DNA of 64,000 bases from a virus (lineage: Duplodnaviria > Caudoviricetes): positions 1 to 64,000 of IMG/VR virus record IMGVR_UViG_3300028887_000070, one strand, 5' to 3'. The notes beneath the pieces are model-generated. The model did no database searches and had not been told where the DNA came from. It saw nothing but the letters and a program-made list of their open reading frames with translations. Shown one piece after another: positions 58,120 to 64,000 of the stretch. How positions within the stretch are numbered: the first letter of the stretch is position 1; every line of letters begins with the position of its first letter. Both the position numbers and the translations under genes were made by a program.

Positions 58120-58370
58120 AAAAAGGATGCTGGGTCCATGTGCGGACCCAGCCTATTCTCTGTGTGTGACGAGATAAATATAGTTTTCGAACAAGTCATG
58201 TAGCAGTACTAATTACACGACTCGGCTTTTAAGACTTGGCACTCTTAGTAAGAACCGCCGCAAGTTTCAAAATCGTCCATGTGTCACACCTCCTTTCTGT
58301 GGCTCATACACTCTAAAGGAGACAAGGAGTGTACAAGATCTGCTATTATCTATATCTTTAAACGCAGACA
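58120..58370 (-). ncRNA. Candidate structured early RNA carrying an 11-aa micro-ORF (58245-58280, MDDFETCGGSY)
   Basis: Early promoter at 58376-58385; SD AAAGGAGGT; stems; terminator at 58120-58153. Confidence 0.45.
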
Positions 58371-58375
58371 TTTTA

Positions 58376-58385
58376 ATAATATATA
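58376..58385 (-). promoter_or_regulatory. Early promoter
   Basis: TATATATTAT. Confidence 0.6.
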
Positions 58386-58437
58386 GCCCTAAACACGTAG
58401 TTTAACGACGGTAGGATTTCCCTACCGTCGATTCAAA

Positions 58438-60144
58438 CTAGAACACTGGGTCAATAGGCTTGAATGATGGATCAGGCTGTATAGTGAGACTATAGAGGTT
58501 CATAATGCACTCCTTTGTGACGTTACGAGGACTTATACCGTCCATACCTATAAGGTTGATCTTACTGTCAGCAGCCTTCTCAAGTTCAGCATTAGCTTCG
58601 AGAGTATAGATACCCTTAACGATAGCAGTATCACCATCGAAGTCCATACCCATTACATCTATATTACCGTTAGAGATAGTAAGAGTAGGAGAAAACAGAG
58701 CAGCAGTGTTTCTACCAAGGTCTTCTGTTCTGATCTTAGGCCACCATCTATAGACTTTACCATCCATCATGATAGGCTCAGTCTCATTGGTAGACTTGAT
58801 GTTTATCTTAGATGGATACTGGTTGAGGTATCTGTCTATAGGGAATCTAGTTATCAGACACATCTTATCTGCTGTCATCTCACATGCCGCAAGATAGAAG
58901 AGATCACACCAAGTCATAGGCCTTTCTATGAGAGGATAACCTGAATAGTCTTTTTGATCCATGATATGCTCTGATGGTACTTTTCTTCCTTTGAAGAAGA
59001 TACACATCTTGTTGACATCGAGATCGAGCTTCTTCTCTTTTATAGTCTTTGTGAGTTCTGTTTTGTCTATAGGAATAGGTATAGGCTGGAAACGATTAGA
59101 ATAACCATGAACGAATCTCTCTATCTGTTTCACTATCTCTGTATCAGAGAACATGATCTGATAGTCTTCTATAGGAATAGCAGTCTCTACACCTTTCTTA
59201 TCCACTACAGGATACATAGTCTTACCACCGAACTCGTTCTCGAAGAAACGACGACAATAGTAGATGATGAATGGCTGGAAGAGTACTATAGCTGCCTCAA
59301 GAGGACATGCAGCATGATCCATATCGACCATGAGATCTTCAATGTTCTCCACCTTCAGGTTAGCAGCAGACATAACAAGACGTACACTATAGTCTACTGT
59401 CTTGTACATTACACCCTTCTTTACGATACCCATCTTTCCAGGAAGGTTACCGCTAGTCTCTTCACCATTGATTACAGTTCCAGCACCAAACCAATCGTAG
59501 ATCTGTTTTAGTGTAGCCTGTATTCTTCCCTTTGTAGCGTCTGCAAGACTTAGTCCATACTCAGCGGTCTCTTTAAGAGCCTTTGTAGCAATGATGAGAG
59601 AGCTATAGAGTTTGTTGATCTCTCCTACACCTATACTAGCTTGCTTAGTATCAACGTCTCTATAGTATGGTGGGATTACAGGACACTTCTTAACCCACAT
59701 CTGTCCCTTTACCTTCTCAAGGAACTTGATCTTGGTAGCACGATCTTTAGAACTAGACTCTTTAGCAGACCAATCTATCTTATCATAGTTTGCTTTGAAC
59801 CAGTTTAGGCCAGTAGAGCCATTAGGATCTTTAACAAGTTGTCCCTTAGCATCGATAGAGAAGTTCTCTGAGCCATGTACTATAGCTTCTACTTTCTTAT
59901 CAAGAGTACAGAGTGTTTTATAGACTAGAGGATTGAGGAACCATCCACCAAGATCTATGTATGCATAGATACCAGCTCTCTCAGCTTTAGTGATTCCGAA
60001 GATCTCGTTAGACAGAAGTCCATCTGGTGCTGGTGTTGGACCGTTAAAGAAGACAGGGTTGGTGATCTCTTTACAGTCGTTAACTTTGACGAAACGCTCT
60101 ACATCAAGTATACTTATATCGAAATGATTAGTTGACGAACTCAT
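58438..60144 (-). CDS. Multisubunit RNA polymerase beta' subunit, catalytic fragment (probably virion RNAP, PhiKZ gp180 type)
   Basis: DGLLSNEIFG, PVIPPYYRD, LPGKMG, SVRLVM, ITRFP and catalytic MDFDGD. Confidence 0.9.
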   Translation of the reverse strand: MSSSTNHFDISILDVERFVKVNDCKEITNPVFFNGPTPAPDGLLSNEIFGITKAERAGIYAYIDLGGWFLNPLVYKTLCTLDKKVEAIVHGSENFSIDAKGQLVKDPNGSTGLNWFKANYDKIDWSAKESSSKDRATKIKFLEKVKGQMWVKKCPVIPPYYRDVDTKQASIGVGEINKLYSSLIIATKALKETAEYGLSLADATKGRIQATLKQIYDWFGAGTVINGEETSGNLPGKMGIVKKGVMYKTVDYSVRLVMSAANLKVENIEDLMVDMDHAACPLEAAIVLFQPFIIYYCRRFFENEFGGKTMYPVVDKKGVETAIPIEDYQIMFSDTEIVKQIERFVHGYSNRFQPIPIPIDKTELTKTIKEKKLDLDVNKMCIFFKGRKVPSEHIMDQKDYSGYPLIERPMTWCDLFYLAACEMTADKMCLITRFPIDRYLNQYPSKINIKSTNETEPIMMDGKVYRWWPKIRTEDLGRNTAALFSPTLTISNGNIDVMGMDFDGDTAIVKGIYTLEANAELEKAADSKINLIGMDGISPRNVTKECIMNLYSLTIQPDPSFKPIDPVF

Positions 60145-60169
60145 CGTAGTACCTCCTTATAAGTTTGAT

Positions 60170-60181
60170 TATAGAATGGTT
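60170..60181 (-). promoter_or_regulatory. Late-type promoter, AACC variant (RNAP beta')
   Basis: AACC-ATTCTA-TA. Confidence 0.6.
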
Positions 60182-60216
60182 CACGCTTTAGAATCAGGTT
60201 CAAACGCAGGGTGGAC

Positions 60217-60226
60217 TATATATTAT
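60217..60226 (+). promoter_or_regulatory. Early promoter
   Basis: TATATATTAT. Confidence 0.65.
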
Positions 60227-60294
60227 AAAGGTGTACAAGAGAGTTGGTGATTCGATACTCTTGAGTACTATACTATACTAAGGAGGATCACATT

Positions 60295-60543
60295 ATGATC
60301 AATAGTTACAATCCACAGGCAGCACCAGCTCTGCCAACAAGAGAGGCTCAGATGACAGGACAGCCTATTAGCCTCGAGAGTCTGATGAATGAGTTCACAT
60401 TCATCACGACGAGCATCAATAATGGTACTCTGTCTGCTAGCGATCCTGAAGTTCAGATAAGAATTACAGAGCTGCAGAGTAAAATCACAGAGCTGCAGGG
60501 TGTATATCACTATGCAGCTGGAATGGGCATGATCCAGCGCTAG
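60295..60543 (+). CDS. Small early protein
   Basis: Own early promoter, SD AAGGAGG and terminator (60564-60599). Confidence 0.7.
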   Translation: MINSYNPQAAPALPTREAQMTGQPISLESLMNEFTFITTSINNGTLSASDPEVQIRITELQSKITELQGVYHYAAGMGMIQR

Positions 60544-60606
60544 ATCGTGCCCAGCCTCCTTGTAATCGGTCTGCAGCCCCAGCAGGCCGATTATTTTTTG
60601 TCTTGG

Positions 60607-60618
60607 AACATCACTATA
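60607..60618 (+). promoter_or_regulatory. Late promoter
   Basis: AACA-TCACTA-TA. Confidence 0.7.
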
Positions 60619-60644
60619 ATTATACAACCCTGAAAGGAGGACTC

Positions 60645-62078
60645 ATGATGGGTAGACACTATAGATGTATATACTGCTCTAAGTCTCTTGATAGAGACAA
60701 GCTTGTAACCCATATGGAGAAGGAACACTCTGATATGCTTAATCCCGATAAGGGATTCACTGCTAATCATGTAGTGTTCGATATATGTAACAACAAACAG
60801 CCTGTAGGAGATGCTCGTGGAGTTTGTAGAATCTGTAAGGCTCCTACTATGTGGAACGAGAAGATCGTTCGCTATGATGCTTTCTGTTCAGATCGCTGTA
60901 AAGCTGTAGCTAGACAGAATGCTGTAAAGAACATGATGAAAGTCTACAACAAGCCTACTCTTCTCAATGACATGGATCATCAAGAGAAGATGCTCGCTAA
61001 TAGATCAATCTCTGGTAAGTATAGATGGTCTGACGGAACATACAAAACTTACGTAGGAAACTATGAGAAGAAGTTCCTTGAGTTCTGTGATGAAGTTCTT
61101 GGCTTAGATTCCTCAGACCTCGTAACACCTGGTCCTACTTTAAAATATGAACATAATGGTGAAGAACACGTCTGGATCACTGACGCTCTTTATCTCCCCT
61201 ATAACCTTGTATTTGACATCAAGGATGGTGGAGACAACAAGAACACCAGAGAGATGCCAGAGTACCGATCTAAACAGATTGCTAAGGAAAAGATGATTAC
61301 TGATCAAGGCGAGTATAGTTATATTAGACTTACTAATAACGAGTTCGTTCAGCTACTCGGTATATTCGCTGAGCTTAAAAAGATCAGCATGGAACCAGAC
61401 CCACATACTATCTCTAGGATCCATGAAAGCCTGATTGGAGGGGCACTTCCCCCTGCAGGTGCTACGGATGTTAATCCACACCCTTACCTGTTGAACTATC
61501 ATACCTTTGCAGGTGGTGATGAGGGCTATGCTCTCTGCAACGATATAGCTTCAGATTGTTGTCTGACAGTGGATGATAACGGTAAGATTAAGAAGAAGAA
61601 CACCAAGAAGCTCCTAGCTCAGAAGGAATGTATTATATACAAGTACAAGGGCACTAACGGAGAGCGAATCATAAGAGAAGCTTACTCTAAGTATAAGTCT
61701 CAGAAGACTGTAAGAGTAGACTACTTCGCTAGGTTGGTATCTGAGATGTCTGACATACTAACGCCAGACCAACTCGACTACTCCCCAGTCCTTGAACAAG
61801 TTTCTATATCTTCACTCGGAGAGAAGTTCACATCTCTTTGTGTTACCATAGAAACTGCAGTAGATGAACTAGTTGGTAACAGAACTCTCTCTGTACCAGT
61901 AGTAGATCCATACAAGATGGAACAGTGTCGACACATCTTGAGGAATCATAAGAACCTCACCGTGAAAGAATGTGTCGATGGTGGATACTATGTGGAGAAC
62001 ACTATAACAAAAACTAGGTCTAGACTCATAGACTCTATAGAGGAGATTGATAAATCCCTCCTAGATTCAGTGAGCTGA
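60645..62078 (+). CDS. Zn-finger plus TnsA/T4 gp4-like nuclease (head completion-type)
   Basis: CIYC...H...H finger; YVGNYEKKFLEFCD...WITD...FDIK PD-(D/E)xK-like pattern; late promoter. Confidence 0.5.
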   Translation: MMGRHYRCIYCSKSLDRDKLVTHMEKEHSDMLNPDKGFTANHVVFDICNNKQPVGDARGVCRICKAPTMWNEKIVRYDAFCSDRCKAVARQNAVKNMMKVYNKPTLLNDMDHQEKMLANRSISGKYRWSDGTYKTYVGNYEKKFLEFCDEVLGLDSSDLVTPGPTLKYEHNGEEHVWITDALYLPYNLVFDIKDGGDNKNTREMPEYRSKQIAKEKMITDQGEYSYIRLTNNEFVQLLGIFAELKKISMEPDPHTISRIHESLIGGALPPAGATDVNPHPYLLNYHTFAGGDEGYALCNDIASDCCLTVDDNGKIKKKNTKKLLAQKECIIYKYKGTNGERIIREAYSKYKSQKTVRVDYFARLVSEMSDILTPDQLDYSPVLEQVSISSLGEKFTSLCVTIETAVDELVGNRTLSVPVVDPYKMEQCRHILRNHKNLTVKECVDGGYYVENTITKTRSRLIDSIEEIDKSLLDSVS

Positions 62079-62089
62079 ACATATAAGTA
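62078..62089 (+). promoter_or_regulatory. Late promoter
   Basis: AACA-TATAAG-TA. Confidence 0.7.
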
Positions 62090-62117
62090 AACTATACAAC
62101 CCAAAGGAGGTTACATT

Positions 62118-62585
62118 ATGAACTTAAGCACAATGATTCTTCAGGAAGCTTCTAAGGCAGATCAGAAGATTCTTGATGATATCGAGAGAGATCAGATAGC
62201 ACAGGACTACCAGGACACTCTGGCTGGTCTGGCTACAGTAGGAAGCATATCTTTCCCTGCATCACAGGTTCCGATCATAAAGGATGAGTGTGGTGAATGT
62301 GGAGAGTGCGGTGAATGTAACGAGAGCTACATGGTGGAGTATGACATGCTCTATAAGTTCATGGAAGCTAACGACATCGATGAAGAGCACGAAGCTCATG
62401 AGAAACTCTGTGAGGAGTACTCACTTGAACAGGCTCAGCTTGTAGTAGTTGCAGAGTGCGACGAAGTAAACAAGGGCCTTCTTAACAATGCACTTAAGAC
62501 TGGAGAACTCGGCGTAGCAAGGCGTTACTGCTCAGGTCTCTGCAATCTTCTCAACCACGGAATCCGTGTAATGAAGAAGGGTTAA
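62118..62585 (+). CDS. Acidic late protein with CGECGECGEC motif
   Basis: Late promoter; SD AAAGGAGG. Confidence 0.7.
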   Translation: MNLSTMILQEASKADQKILDDIERDQIAQDYQDTLAGLATVGSISFPASQVPIIKDECGECGECGECNESYMVEYDMLYKFMEANDIDEEHEAHEKLCEEYSLEQAQLVVVAECDEVNKGLLNNALKTGELGVARRYCSGLCNLLNHGIRVMKKG

Positions 62586-62666
62586 TTATTACACTAACGG
62601 CGACATCATAGTAGGGACCAAGGGTGGTTGCCCTTGGTCCAATACTACCGCTAAGGAGGATTCACT

Positions 62667-63392
62667 ATGAATAATAACCCTTTTGAGAATCTTAAGATTC
62701 CAGAGTTGCACAAGAACAAGATAGAGTGTATCGATAAGGATAAGATACCACAAGAGAAGATACCAGCCATCACTAAGGAGAAACAAGTAGAGTGGGCTAA
62801 GGATCTCATACTTAGAGTAATAGATGCTACAGTCTTCTTCACTGATGAAAGCGAATATGAACAGATGAAACTAAGAAAAGCAGCTATCGACAAAATGTCA
62901 GATGACGATATACTCGAAATGGCTGAGAAGATTGGAGATGCTATACATAAGCTCAATGAGTCTAAACGTAAAGAAGGAGATGTATCCTTTGGTATGGCTG
63001 CTACTCTTAGCAAAACTAGTAAGGGAGAGAATGGAGAGTTAGTGGTTGAATCGCTAACTCCGAAGAGCTTTAATCTTATAGCACAGCCTCTTGATTCAGT
63101 GATAAAGGAGAGACTCTGTGGAGAGCTTGGTATAGGAGAAATACCAGACGACATCGCTGTTCAGGTACGTTTATGTAAGACATGGCTTGAGAGTAAAAGC
63201 TTCTTTGAAAAACCGACCAATGAAATGACTGACTGGGAAGTGCTTATGCTTACCACATGCAGTCTAACTAGTCCAGACGATGCTGCTGAGGCTTACCATA
63301 ACCTCATTACTAGTAAGGATGTAGAGGAAGCTTCTAAGGATTATGAGACTACTTCTGATAACTTCAATACTGTATTAGGTAAACAGGAATGA
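62667..63392 (+). CDS. Hypothetical protein
   Basis: SD AAGGAGG. Confidence 0.7.
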   Translation: MNNNPFENLKIPELHKNKIECIDKDKIPQEKIPAITKEKQVEWAKDLILRVIDATVFFTDESEYEQMKLRKAAIDKMSDDDILEMAEKIGDAIHKLNESKRKEGDVSFGMAATLSKTSKGENGELVVESLTPKSFNLIAQPLDSVIKERLCGELGIGEIPDDIAVQVRLCKTWLESKSFFEKPTNEMTDWEVLMLTTCSLTSPDDAAEAYHNLITSKDVEEASKDYETTSDNFNTVLGKQE

Positions 63393-63395
63393 CAT

Positions 63396-63405
63396 TATAT
63401 ATTAT
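63396..63405 (+). promoter_or_regulatory. Early promoter (RNase H)
   Basis: TATATATTAT followed by a long hairpin. Confidence 0.65.
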
Positions 63406-63463
63406 AGAGATGAGTCCCAAGGATATGTCCTTGGGGCATCTCTAATGAAAGGAGGAACAAGGC

Positions 63464-64000
63464 ATGATTTCATATGCCGATGAAGGGAGTAATCATCCCA
63501 AACACGACGTCGTGTGTATCTTTACTGATGGCGGTATACACGACGGACAATCATCAGCGTCATCAGTAATAGGCTTGCTCAGAAATGATGGAGAGAACGA
63601 GCCTTATCTGGATAAGATAGAGATCTTTTCCAAATACCATAGCAACTCTACGAACAACATAGCGGAGTTGTCAGCTATTCTCTTTGGTATAGAGAAGGCA
63701 TTTGAAAGGTACAAGAGTTCTGAAGATCATACTTACGCCTATCTGATCTTCTCCGACTCAGAGTACGCAATCCATACTCTCACAGAGTGGGTCTTTGGTT
63801 GGTATAAGACTTACACTTGTGAGAAGAGAAATGGAATCGTAGTTCCTTACATGCTCACTAAGTGCGGCACTCCAGTAAAGAACTGCGAAATTATCAGCGC
63901 TATCATCGGTATGATAGTGCATCATGATGAATGGTTCACACTACTTCAATTCGTCAATGTGAAGGGCCACACCTGGAAGAAGGGCGGCATCGAAGAGCAG
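63464..64000 (+). CDS. rnhA: Ribonuclease HI (runs off window end)
   Basis: Manual translation: IFTDGG, STNNIAELSAI, FSDSEYAI, PVKN and VKGH. Confidence 0.9.
   Translation, partial: MISYADEGSNHPKHDVVCIFTDGGIHDGQSSASSVIGLLRNDGENEPYLDKIEIFSKYHSNSTNNIAELSAILFGIEKAFERYKSSEDHTYAYLIFSDSEYAIHTLTEWVFGWYKTYTCEKRNGIVVPYMLTKCGTPVKNCEIISAIIGMIVHHDEWFTLLQFVNVKGHTWKKGGIEEQ

Noticed and set aside
1-64000. Genome-wide stop-codon reassignment, CRISPR array, tRNAs, chimallin or PhuZ
   Set aside because: Large genes are intact in the standard code and end in all three stop codons; no repeat-spacer array, cloverleaf or recognisable nucleus/tubulin gene was seen in this window.

Overview
The window is a densely coding segment of a PhiKZ-related (Bacillus AR9/PBS1-type) jumbo myophage genome. 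Strong AAAGGAGG ribosome-binding sites, a class III ribonucleotide reductase and LPD28/DpnD-like domains suggest an anaerobic Firmicute host (inference). Recognisable genes: nrdD (partial), the N-terminal half of a split family B DNA polymerase, portal, tail tube, tail sheath, terminase large subunit, a GroEL-type chaperonin, a primase, baseplate/tail-assembly proteins, a DFDGD-bearing RNA polymerase beta' subunit, a probable extra beta' C-terminal fragment, a probable sigma-like subunit, an M15 endolysin, a BspA-type LRR protein, four tandem beta-helix paralogues, a Tad2-like anti-defence domain, an ABC exporter and RNase HI (partial). The intergenic DNA shows two phage promoter classes. About 24 AAC(A)-N6-TA(A) sites match the AR9 non-virion RNAP late consensus, which in AR9 depends on uracil in the DNA. 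Nine TRTATAYYAT early sites are mostly followed by a 5' hairpin. Several promoter-to-terminator units yield highly structured RNAs that carry or sequester Shine-Dalgarno sequences: a candidate anti-SD sRNA at 5.9 kb, a structured leader at 33.3 kb, a fold-back-inhibited mRNA at 42.2-43.1 kb and a micropeptide RNA at 58.2 kb. These are the best candidates for an undescribed RNA-based control layer. There is also a probable programmed -1 frameshift (54.8 kb) and a possible UGA readthrough (37.9 kb). All family assignments come from motif recognition by eye; no database searches were run.
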